Below the pieces are notes generated by a model, which saw only the letters and a list, made by a program, of their open reading frames with translations, was not told the origin of the DNA and searched no databases. This document shows positions 10,916-22,700 of a DNA stretch of 64,000 nt, in pieces (positions within the stretch are counted from its first letter, which is position 1; each line of letters begins with the position of its first letter). The stretch is from Sphyrna mokarran (lineage: Eukaryota): NCBI GenBank assembly GCA_024679065.1, contig JAGIQG010000009.1, forward strand, positions 107,198,001 to 107,262,000, in the 5' to 3' direction. A program made the translations under genes and the position numbers.

Positions 10916-13517
10916 GAGGGGCACAGCAATGTTACTCCACGTTGAAGGGCTGGGGGGCAGATTGAAAGACAGGAAACGTTCCCAGGGCAATGGGGAAGGA
11001 GCAAGGGGAGTGAATCTCCAATAAGCTGGCATGGAGCGGATGGGTTGAATGGTCTCCTTCACGCTGTATAATTCTATCCTTTCCTTTGCTTAATGCTCTA
11101 TTGTAGAAAAATAGAAAATAATAGCGGAAGGAGGTCATTCGGCCCTTCGAGCCTGCTCCGTCAATCATGCAACTCAATATTGATTCCCCCTCACCCGCCC
11201 CCCCTCCGTTCACCCCCCCCCAACAATCCTCCCCCCCCCCCATCCCATATCTCTTGATCCCTTTAACCTGAAGAGCTATATCTAATTTCTCCTTGAAATC
11301 ATACAACGTTTTGGCCTCAACTACTTTCTGTGGTGGGGAATTCCACAACATTCCCCAACCTCTGGGTGAAGAAATGTCTCCTCATCTCACTTTTAAAACT
11401 TTAAAACTTTTACTCCTTATCCTCAAACTATGACCCCTAATTCTGGACTCCCCCACCATCGGGAACATTTTCTTTGAATCTGTGAACTGCAGATTGGGAT
11501 GTAGTGGCAATGTCGCTGGGCTACTAATCTAAAGGCTTAGACCAATGATCTGGGAACAAAAAATTTAAATCCCAGTTGATGGGATTGGAATTCAACAAAT
11601 ATAAAAGCTGGAATATGTGAAGGTAGTCTCAGGAAAGTGGACCCGGGCAATAACTATTGTTAAAAAAAATCCCATCTACGTTCACTATGACGTCCCTTTA
11701 GGGAAGGAAATTCCTACAGGAGGCCATTAAGCCCATTGAGTCTGCACCGATAACAACCCCATCCAGGCCCTATCCCTACAAGTATTTACTCTGCTAATCT
11801 CACTGACACTAAGGGTCAATTTTGGCATGGCCAATCCACCAAACCTGCACATCTCCAGAGTGTGGGAGGAAACCGGAGCACCAGGAGGAAGCCCACGGGG
11901 GAAAACGCACAGATTCCGCACAGCAGTGACCCGAGGCTGGAATCAAACCCGGGTTCATGGTGCTGTGAGGCAGTATTGCTAACACACTGTGCCAACGTGA
12001 CGCCATGATGGCACTAATAAATAGACTTTTGTGGGGTCTCGCTGTAGCACATTTATGCAAAGAAACATCAGACAGCGGCCCCAGCCTGGAATCGAACCCA
12101 ACACTATGGTTCCTGGAATCAAAGCCGGCACCTACACCTCCTTGCACTAGGAGGCCGCAGTGCTAACCACTGTGTCACCGTGCTGCCCAAAGAAACCTGC
12201 CCTCCTTACCAGGTCAGGCCTACGCGCGACTCCAGGCCCCACATGTGGTTGGCATTTGACCAGCGCTCAGCTGAGATGGCAACTAGGGATGGGTAACAAA
12301 TGCTAACCTTGCCGGCGATGCCCACACACTTCCTGGGGCCGAAAAAATAGGAGGTTTTATCAGGGCCGCATCTGGGCCCACTTGTGGCTCGTTGTCATGG
12401 AAACCTCCGCACCACACTGGCTTTGTACGGAGGCTGGGGCCTTTTTTTTCTGTCGTTGCTGCTTTTAGATGCTGGAGAATGTGGGTGACTAATGTTTCCT
12501 GGTCGACTTTGCTGTCCCTTTAACCCTTGTGTGACCGCGCGGCGGAGTCCAAGTTGTAAAACTGGGGTGGGGAGAGGGTGGAATCAAATACGAAGCTGGA
12601 GGTGGGGGAGGTGGGGGGGTGGGCGGTTGCCAGGAATAGGGCACAGAAACTCAGCCCGTTTCACCCCACCCCCGGCGCAAAGACTGAAAAAGGAACTGCG
12701 AGTTTGTCCGCAAATAGACTCTGATTCTGGGAAGTGGTGATGGAGATTGCAAGAATAAAACTCCTGTGGTTCCCCCTGTTAAGAGCGTCCCTTGCTCCCC
12801 CCCCACCCCCCCCAACTACTAACTAATTCAATCGTGAGCTAGCAGAGTCCGTTCAGCCCGTCGAGCCTGTTCTGCGGCTCAACCATCTCATGTGGATACG
12901 GTTGGGACTACAGGCGGAAGTTCACACCAGTGGGGTTTTCCAGTCCCATCATGGCTAACGGTTCTTTGACTGACTCACCGCATTTTCGTGGCCCACTATG
13001 TGTCGGTGAGATGGTGTGGTTGTGGAAATTGTGGGGCCTTATGGAGATAGGGCAGAAGCGGGGGCGGGATGTGGTGATGGTCGGGGTAAGATGGTCTTTC
13101 GGAGAGTTGGTGTGCATACACCGAGTGGCCTCCTGTAGGGATTCTATGGATTTCATTGAATGGCGAAGCCAGGGACCTGGGTTCGATTCCTGTTTCAGGT
13201 CACTGTCTGTGGAGTTTGCATGTTCTCACTGTGTCTGCGTGGGCTTTCTCCGGGTGCCCCAGGGGGAGTAACGGCCCCTGGAGATCATGCTCGATTGCAG
13301 TGGGCTCGAGTCCACAAATGTCTAACTCCAGTCTGGCCCTGTCCAATCTAGCCAACCCCCCCTCACCGTCCCCCTTTGAAATCTCCTACCCCCAAACGCA
13401 CCTGACACCCCTCTCTCCCCGAAACATTGAGATAGTGACTGCTACCAGACTAGGAGTCTGTGCCTTAAAGCAGGCACCCTCCCTGACCCCTCCCCCCACC
13501 CCATTCCAGCTCCGTAC

Positions 13518-13696
13518 AGTTTCATTTTTGCACTAACGTCATTGCGAAACTCTGTAAGGAACACTGTTGCCTTTTTAAGTGGAGAGGGGACAGAAAAGAC
13601 ACAACTGAATTGCAAGCATCTTCTCATGACATCACCAAAGGGAAGTTAAAACTGCCCTTTCAGACTCATTGTTTCCTGATGTTCTGATATATAAAA
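13518..13696 (+). promoter_or_regulatory. AIF1 proximal promoter
   Basis: TATATAAAA 13688-13696; ETS/PU.1-like AAAGGGAAGT 13637-13646; CRE/AP-1-like TGACATCA 13627-13634; C/EBP-like ATTGCGAAAC 13541-13550; IRF-like AGTTTCATTTT 13518-13528. Confidence 0.6.
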
Positions 13697-13762
13697 ATAA
13701 CACCGAGGTCGCTGTCCAAAAGCGAGCCAGCGAGAGACGTGGAGGCTAAAGTCATCCCAATC

Positions 13763-13775
13763 ATGAACCCGCAAG
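13763..13775 (+). CDS. AIF1: AIF1 coding exon 1 (MNPQ, phase 1)
   Basis: ATCATG start, donor AAG|GTAGGA, about 70 bp downstream of a TATA box; joins exon 2 in frame to give QGGKA. Confidence 0.75.
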
Positions 13776-16700
13776 GTAGGAGAGGAACGGTTCGATGTTC
13801 TCCCTCTGTCTGTCCTTTGCTGGTGAGACTTACAGAATACTGAAAGGGGCGGAGTGGACGTGGGGGAGATGTTACAATCGGTCGGTAGACTAGGACCTCA
13901 GCACACAGCCTCAGTGTAAAGGGACAATCCTTTGGAATCCAGATAAGGAGGAATTTCTTCAGAGGGTGGTGAATCTGTGGAATTCGCTGCCACAGAAAGC
14001 TGATTAGTTCATTTTATTAGTGTCACAAGTAGGCTTACATTGACACTGCAATTAAGTTATTGTGAATATCCCTTAGTTGCCACACTCCAGGTCACTGAGT
14101 GTATTTTAAGACAGAGAGAGAGAGAGAGATATGTTCTTGATTGGGAGTGGTGCAGTGGCACAGTGGTTAGCGCCCAAGGGTTCGATTCCGGGCTTGGGTC
14201 ACTGTCTGCGTTACGTTTGTGCATTCTCCCCATATCTGTGAGGGTTCACTCCCATTTATTCCTACATTCCAAAGATATGTGGATTGACTGTGCCATATCG
14301 TCCCTTAATGTCAGGGGGACTAGCAGGCTAAATGTGCGGGGTTAAGGGGGTGGGATTGTGGTCGGTGCAGATTCAATGGGCTGAATGGCCTCCTTTTGAA
14401 CTGTAGGAATCGTACGGTAAGGAAGATCCATTCAAAAGTTTGACGGAAGCTGGGAAAAAGCTGCTCTTGAGTCGGTTGAAGCGTGACCTCAGATAATTGT
14501 ATCTTTTTCCCAACGGAAGAAAGTGCAAAAGAGAATGTCCGAGGTGCTTGATTATACTGGCTGAGGGAAATGTAGACAGAATCAATGAATGGTAGGTTGG
14601 TTTGAGTAAAGGGCTGGGCTTCATTCATGACCCTTTGTAGTTTATTGCAATCTTGGGCAGAGCAGGAGCCATACCAAGCTGCGATACAACCAGAAAGAAC
14701 ACTTCTTATGCTACATCTTAAAAGTTGGTCAGAGTCACAGTGGACGTGCCACATTTCCTACTTCTAGTTTCTCACAAAGGAAGTTTTAAAAAAAGAAGTG
14801 CTGATGGATGGGAATTCGTCGTGATACAATCTCGAGTCCCCGTTTGACACCAGTGTCTGTGAGCTGCTTGCAAGCCTTCTGCCACATTGTGTTTGTTTTT
14901 GAAGGACAGAATGCCTGTTGGAGCATTGCTGTTCTAAGTGGCAAACATTATTGCCAAATGTGCAGGAGGAAACAAGTTTGAAGCGAATTTCACAATGTGT
15001 GTTTCATTGTCTAAAACGCTTCGCAGGTTTGCAATTCTCTGTCCTGGAGCTATTATCCTTCAGAATCCAAAGTCCAGAACATCTGCGGATAAGGCAAACA
15101 TTACGGGAAAATCCGTATGTCCGGTACGACTCCCACCAACTTTTTCACCATTAGAAGCATTCTTCCTGGTTGTAACACAGTTTGGTATGGCTCCTGCTGT
15201 ATCACAAGGAACTACGAAAGGTTGTGAATGTAGCCCAATCCATCACACAAACCAGCCTCTCCCATCCATTGACTCTGTCTTCACTTCCTGCTGCCTTGGG
15301 AAAGCAGCCAGCGTAAGCAAGGACCCCACACACCCCGGACATTCTCTCTTCCATCTTCTTCTGTCGGGTAAAAGATACAAAAGTCTGAGGTCACCGACAA
15401 ACTGATTCAAGAGCAGCTTCTTCCCTGCTGCCATCAGATTTTTGAATGGACCTACCTCACACTAGGTTGATCTTTCCCTACACCCTAGCTATGACTGTAA
15501 CACTACACACTGCACTCTCTTGTTTCCTTCTCTATGAATGGTATGCTTAGTGTCCAAGAAATAATAGTTTTCACCATATACTAATATATGTGACAATAAT
15601 AAATCAAATCCAATTAAAAGGATTGATTCCAGGGATGAAAGGATTGACATATGAGGAGAGATTAAACAGTTTGGGTTTAAGCTTGCTTTGTTTGGAAGGA
15701 TAAGACGGGATCTGATAGAGGAATATAAAATTTTAAAAAGGATCGATATAGTCAACTTAGACCATGTGTTTCTCTTCTGGGGCAATCTTGAACAAGAGGT
15801 CACAGGTAAAAGTTGCAAGGCGGTAGATTTGCAACAGATGAGGAGGAGCTACCTCTCACAGAGGGTGGTGAATTTGTAGAATTTGCTGCTCCATAGCGCG
15901 GTGGAGTCTGAATCGCTGAATGGTTTCAAGAAGGAGATGGATATATTTCTAATACAAAATGGGTTAAAGGGATGTGGCGAACAGGAAGGAAGGTGGATTT
16001 GTGACCATAGTAAATTTCCCCTTAGTGTCCAATGATGCGCAAGTTAGGGGGATTAAGTATGTCAAATGTGTTTTAGAAGTGTTAGAAACTCTACAGTGCA
16101 TAGAATCATAGGACCCTACAGTGCAGAAGGAGGACATTTGGCTCATCAAGTCTGCAACGACCATAATCCCATCCAGGCCCTACGTTCATATCCCTACATA
16201 TTTTACCCACTAACCCCCTAACCTACTCATCTCAGGACTCTAAGGGAAATTTATACTATGACCAATCAACCTAACCTGCACATTTTTGAACTGTGGGAGG
16301 AAACCGGACACCCAAAGAAAACCCATGCAGACACGAGGAGAATGTGCAGACTCCACACAGTCGGTGATCCCCAAGCCGGGAATCGAACCTAGTTCCCTGG
16401 AGTTGTGAAGCAGCTGTGCTAACCACTGTGCCACTGTGCTGAAGAAGACCATTCAGCCCATCGACACTGCACCAATGACAATCCCACCTAGGCCCGAATT
16501 CTGTAACAACACATATTTACTGCGCTAATCCCTCTGATCTACCCATCCCAGGACACTAAGGGGCAATTTAGCATGGCCAATGCACTTAACCAGTGCATCT
16601 TTCAGACTGTGGGAGAAAACAGGAGTACCTGGAGGAAACCCATGCAGGCATGGGGAGAATGTGCAGTCTCTGCACAGATGGTGACCCAAGCCGGGAATTG

Positions 16701-19700
16701 AACCCGGGTCCCTGGTGTTGTGAGACAGCAGTGCTAACCACTGTGCTGCCTGGGACAAAGAAAAGGGCCATTCGGCCCGTACAGTTCATGCCTGCTTTTA
16801 AGCTTCACTCAAAGAACAAAGAGCAAAACAGCACAGGAACAGAAGCATCAGCCCACCAAGTCTGCACCAATACATGGTTTCTTTATCTTCCACCTCATTA
16901 TTGCTGTTCCCTTTCTCCTCCCCTTTTCCCCCAATTCCTCCCTGCCAATTGCTTTGAATCTTTTACATTTCCTATGGACTGGGCATGCTAAACTGATCCC
17001 AGTGTCGGGGGACTAGCAGGATAAATATGTGAGGTTGGGGGGATAGAGCCTGTGGTCGGTGCAGACTCGATGGGCCAAATGGCCTCCTTTTGCACTGTAG
17101 GGATTCGACGATTCCATGAGACCCCCTCTCACTGTTCCAAACTCTAGTGAATATCATCCTAACCAACTTAAACTCTCCTCATATGGCAAACCTGCCTTAC
17201 CCAGGAATCAGCCTGGATGCTTCATCCCAATGTAGGGACAAATATATTGGTTAAAAAACATGAAAGGGGAAGAGTAGAGGTCCAGGGTATAGGAAATGAG
17301 CAGGAGGTTGAGTAGACAGCACCGCCAAATGGCCTTCCTATCTATGAATGCTGGAGGATACTGTGAGTTGTGCGTTGTGAAACCATCATTAAACAGCCCG
17401 GCTCCTGGTCTTAAGATTGAGGGCAGGTCATTGAAGCAGCAATCGACAAAGAAAGGGACGTGTGAATGTAATTCTCCCTGTCTTCTTGCAACTTCCTTTT
17501 TCTTGGTCAATAACTGAAACCATTGGAGTGTTTTCACCGCTCCCCCAATGACCTCTTGTGGGGAAGAACACAACCAGATGCCTTCAATCGAAGATGGTCA
17601 CCAAAGCAATCTGATAGGGAATTCGGAGGAAAGTTCCTAACCGAAGTGTGGTGAGGATGTGGAACTCATGGCCGCAAGGGGTGGTTGCCATGAATACATT
17701 GTGTGGTATAAGGGGAAGCTAGGCAAGCGAGTGAAGGAGAGAGGTTAAGATGGTAGATGTAGTTGAGTAAAGGTGGGAGGAGGCTCAAATTAAGCTGCAA
17801 ATTATACAGTAAATGGCAGAACCCTTGGGAGGATGCAGAGGGATCTGGGTGTACAAGTCCATAGACCACTTAAAGTGGCAACACAGGTGGATAAGGTGGT
17901 CAAGAAGACATACAGCATAGAATGACAGAATCCCTGCAGTACAGAAGTAGACCATTCAGCCCATTGAGCTTGTACTGAACACAATCCCACACAGGACCTA
18001 TTCCTGTAAGCCTGAACATTTACCTTGCTAATTCCCCTGACAATAGGGTCAATTTGGCATTGATAATCAACCTAGCCTGCACATCTTCAAACTGTGGGAA
18101 GAAACTGGAGCATCTGGAGGAAATTCATGCAAACACAGGGAGAAGGTGCAAACTCCACATAGACACTGACCTGAGGCTGGAATTGAACCTGGGTCCCTGG
18201 TACTATAAGGTAGCAGTGTTAACCACTGTGCCGCCATGACGCTTTCATTGGTTGCATAAAGGTTAGCAAGTTATCTTACAGCTGTATAAAACTTCAGTGA
18301 GGTCGCATTTGGAATATTATGTGTGGTTCTGATCACATTTGGAATATTACGTGCAGTTGGTCATTGTCACACTACCAGGAAGACGTGGATACTTTGGAGA
18401 AGATGCAAAGAAGGTTTACCAGGATGTTTCCTGGTCTGGAGGGTTTTAGGGATGAAGAGAGGTTGCATAAACTTGGACTGTTTGCACTGGAAATAGTGAG
18501 ACTGAGGAACATAGATAGGCTGGATAATCAGATTCTTTATCCCAAGGTGAAGGATTGACACAAGAGTGCACAGTTCAAGATGAGATGGGAAATTTAGTGG
18601 AGACGTGCGGAGAAAGTTTTTATTCAGAGAGTGGTGGGTGCCTGGAATGCATTGCCAGTGGAGATGGGGGAAGAAAGCACATTAGCAACATTCAAAGTGT
18701 GTCTTAACAGACACATGGATGGGAGGTGAAGAAAGGGATAGAAACTGCGTATTGGTGCAACCTTGCTGTTTTGCTCCTTGTTCTTTGTTTTTTAAGTGAA
18801 GCCTAAAAGCAGGCTTGGACTCTATGGGCCGAATGGCTTGTTTCTTTGTCATAGATCCCAGGTAAGAGGTCACAGGCTTATCAATACCCAATGCCCCAGT
18901 AACAACCCTAAGTCATATTGCTACCCAAATGCCTCAATATCTTGACGATCTGCATCTTTGTTTCAAGACCCACATTTGACCACTTCTTAACTGAATGAAA
19001 GTTGGCCACAATTTACTTGGACAATCTAATCGCCAGTATCTACACTGCAGGCTAGAGATAAAATAAATAATTCCCTGCACAGTTCCAACAAATACTCCCA
19101 GGACAGGGTTAGATACAGAGTAAAGATTCCTATTTACTGTCACAGCAAACACCCCCAGGATAGGTATAGCATGGAGTTAGATACAGAGTAAAGCTCCCTC
19201 TACACTGTCCTCATCAAACACTCCCAGGACAGGTAAGCATGGGATTAGATACAGAGTAAAGCTCCCTCTACACTGTCCCCATCAAACATTCCCAGGACAG
19301 GTACAGCACGGGGTTAGATACAGAGTAAAGCTCCCTCTACACTGTCCTCATCAAACACTCCCAGGACAGGTACAGCACGGGGTTAGATACAGGGTAAAGC
19401 TCCCTCTACACTGTCCCCATCAAACACTCCCAGGACAGGTACAGCACGGGGTTAAATACTGAGTAAAGCTCCCTCTGCGCTGTCCCCATCAAACATTCCC
19501 AGACAGTACAGCATGGGGTTAGATACAGAGTAAAGATTCTATTCCACTGTCTTGTTGAGATTACTTCTTTCACTATTAGGTTCTATTGTTGAATATTTCA
19601 GGTGGTAAAGCCTACGGAATCCTTAAAGCAAAACAGGATGACCTCCTGGAAGCAATCAATAAGGTATGGAGAAAAATAGAGATAAAACATTAATTTTCTT

Positions 19701-22700
19701 AAGTGTGCGCTCATTGAGGTAAGGATTGCAAGCGTGGTAAACGAAAATGTCTCTATTCCAGGCACCAAGTATTAGCTTGAAGCATCACCAAGACTATTTC
19801 AAACACTTATTGAACATATACAGCATGGGTTAGGTACCAAGTAAAGTACCTCTACACTCTCCCCATCAAACAGTCCCAGGACAGGTACAGTACATGGTGA
19901 GATACAGCGTAAAGCTCCCTCTACACTGTCCCCCATCAAACAGTCCCAGGACAGGTACAGCACGGGGTTAGATACAGAGTAAAGCTACCCCTGCACTGTC
20001 CCCATCAAACATTCCCAGGATAAGACGCAGCATGGGATTAGATACATACTAAAGCTACCTCAGCACTGTCCCTATCAAACACTCCCAAGACAGGTACAGC
20101 ACGGGGTCAGATACAGAGTAAAGGTCCCTCTACATTGTCCCCATCAACCACTCCCAGGATGGGTACAGCACGGGGTTGGATAGAGAGTAAAGATCCCTCT
20201 ATATTCTCCCCATCAATCAATCCCAGGATGGGTACAACATGGGGTTATGTACAAAGGAAAGCTCCCTCTACACTGTCCCATCAAATACTCCAGGACGTAC
20301 AGTATGGGGTTAGATACAGAGTAAAGTTCCCTCTACACTGCCCCCCATGAAAGATTCCCAGGACAGGTACAGCCCGGGGTTAGATACAGAGTAAAGCTCA
20401 CTCTATACTGTCCCCATCAAACACTCCCAGGACAGGTACAGAACAGGGTTAGATACAGAGTAAAGCTCCCTCTGTACTGTCCCCATCAAACACTCCCAGG
20501 ACAGGTACAGAACAGGGTTAGATGCAGAGTAAAGCTCCTGTTACATCTGTGAAAGTTGTTGGGTGAAGTCCCACTCCTGATAGATGGGGGCTGAATTGTA
20601 CCCTGGGATGAAAGTCACTTATTTACTCAGTGGGCTGTGGAAGATCAGCCATGGAGTCTGTTTAAAGCTGAGAATGATGTAAAGATGCCGGTGTTGGATT
20701 GGAGTGGTAAGAACTCAGTAAGAATTTAGCAACACCAATTATTAATCCAACCGATTTATTTGATAGTAAAATTTTACTATCAAATAAATCGGTTGGATTA
20801 ATAATTGGTGTTGCTAAATTCTTACTGAGTTCTTAAAGCTGAGAATGACAGATTTCTAAATACCAATGAGAGAGGAGGATAGTGATGGGAAATTATAGTA
20901 TTAAATGGAAAAAAACAGGCTCAGAGGCCTGAATAACCTCCTTGTGTTCTGACATTCCTACGTTCCACTTGGTTGCCTTGCCCTGAGGCCATTTGATAGC
21001 TGTTGGTTTGTTGGAATGATCATCACTGTCATGCCAACACTTATTGCTCATCCGTAGCTGTCTTCGAACTGAGTAGTTTGCATCGGCCATTTCAGAGGGC
21101 AGTTGTGGAGTCAACCACATTGCTGTGGCTCTGGAGTCACACGTAGGCCAGACCAGGTAAGGAGGGCAGATTTCCTTCCCTAAAAGGGATATTAGTGAAC
21201 CAAATGGGTTTTTGCGACAATGGTTTCATGGTCATCAGTAGTTTCTTAATTCCAGATACTTTTGAAGTCAAATTGTACCATCTGCCGTGGCGGGATTCGA
21301 ACCCGGATCCCCAGAACATTAACTAAATTTCTGGATTAATAGTCTAAGGATAACACCACCAGGTTATCAACTCCTGCTTAAGCTGAGGGAGCTGCTCATT
21401 GGCCCCTTGAATCACCAGTGTCTATCCGATGAGATTAACACCACACCCCCCATCATCCAGCTTATCCTGACTCCAGATGCTGGAATCATCCTCTGCCGAA
21501 GGGTCATCTCGAATTGGCTCCATTCTCTCTCCACGAGTGTTGTCAGACCCACTGACATTTTCTAGCATTTTTCTGTTTTTGTTTCGGTAAGGAAGCCCCT
21601 GGGACAGCCTGTTCTTATCTTAAATCCCCATCTCTGCACGGTGGAATAGTGATCAGCTGTGCTTCATCACAGCTCCAGGGACATGAGTTCGATTCCCAGC
21701 TTGGGTCACTGTGTGAAGTCTGCATGTTCTCCCCATGTCTGCGTGGGTTTCCTTTGTGTGCTCTTGTTCCTGCCTACAGTCCGAAAGACGTGCTGGTTAG
21801 GTTGCATTGGCCGTGCTAAATTCTCCCTCAGAGTATCCAAACAGTGTGGCAATTAATGGGGATTTAATGTAGGTAAATCTAACATTAACATGGCAATGAA
21901 GTTACTGTGAAATTTACCTAGTTGCCACATTCTGGCACCTGTTCGGGTCAATGCACCCTAACCAGCACATCTTTCGGACTGTGGGAGGAAACCAGAGCAC
22001 CCGGAGGAAACCCATGCAGACACTGGGAGAACACGCAGAAGATCGTGAGGTGATTCATTCAAGCATACAAAATTCTTACAAAGTTCAGCAGGATGTTCCC
22101 CCTTGATGTTTCCTCTGGGGATGTGCAGAGGTGGTGTGTGGGAAGCTGTGTGGGGGAGGGGTGGCTGGGAACCAGGCTGGAATTTTACCACTACGGGCGG
22201 GGGTGGCTCACCGAACGGAATTCTCTGTTGGCATCCGGTGGGATTTTACGAGCCTCGCCCATGTCAAATCATAAAATATTGGCTGCAGTCTCAGAATAAG
22301 AGGTAAGACCGAGATGGGGAGGAGCTTTTTCACACAGAGGGATGGTGAATCTTTGCAATTCCTTGACCAGTGTTCAGTCAGTGAATGTGTTCAACGCAGA
22401 GCTTGGTAGATTTCTAAATATCAAGGGGTATAGAACAAAGATCAAAGAACAATACAGGAATAGGCCTTCGGCCTACCAATATATGGTTTCTATCCCTCTT
22501 TTTACCTCCACTCATATCTCCATCAAGATAAATCCTGAATGTTGCTTTCTTCCACCATCTCCTCTGGCAACGCATTCCTGGCACTCACCACTCTCTGTGT
22601 GAAAAACTTCTGTATTTCTCTCCTGAACTTTCCCCTTTTAACCTTCAACCTGTACCCTCTTGTAACTAAAACTTCCACTCTTGGAAAAAGCCTCGGACCA

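Noticed and set aside
19065-20540. CRISPR-like array
   Set aside because: Head-to-tail 69-bp units with no unique spacers, in a eukaryotic intron
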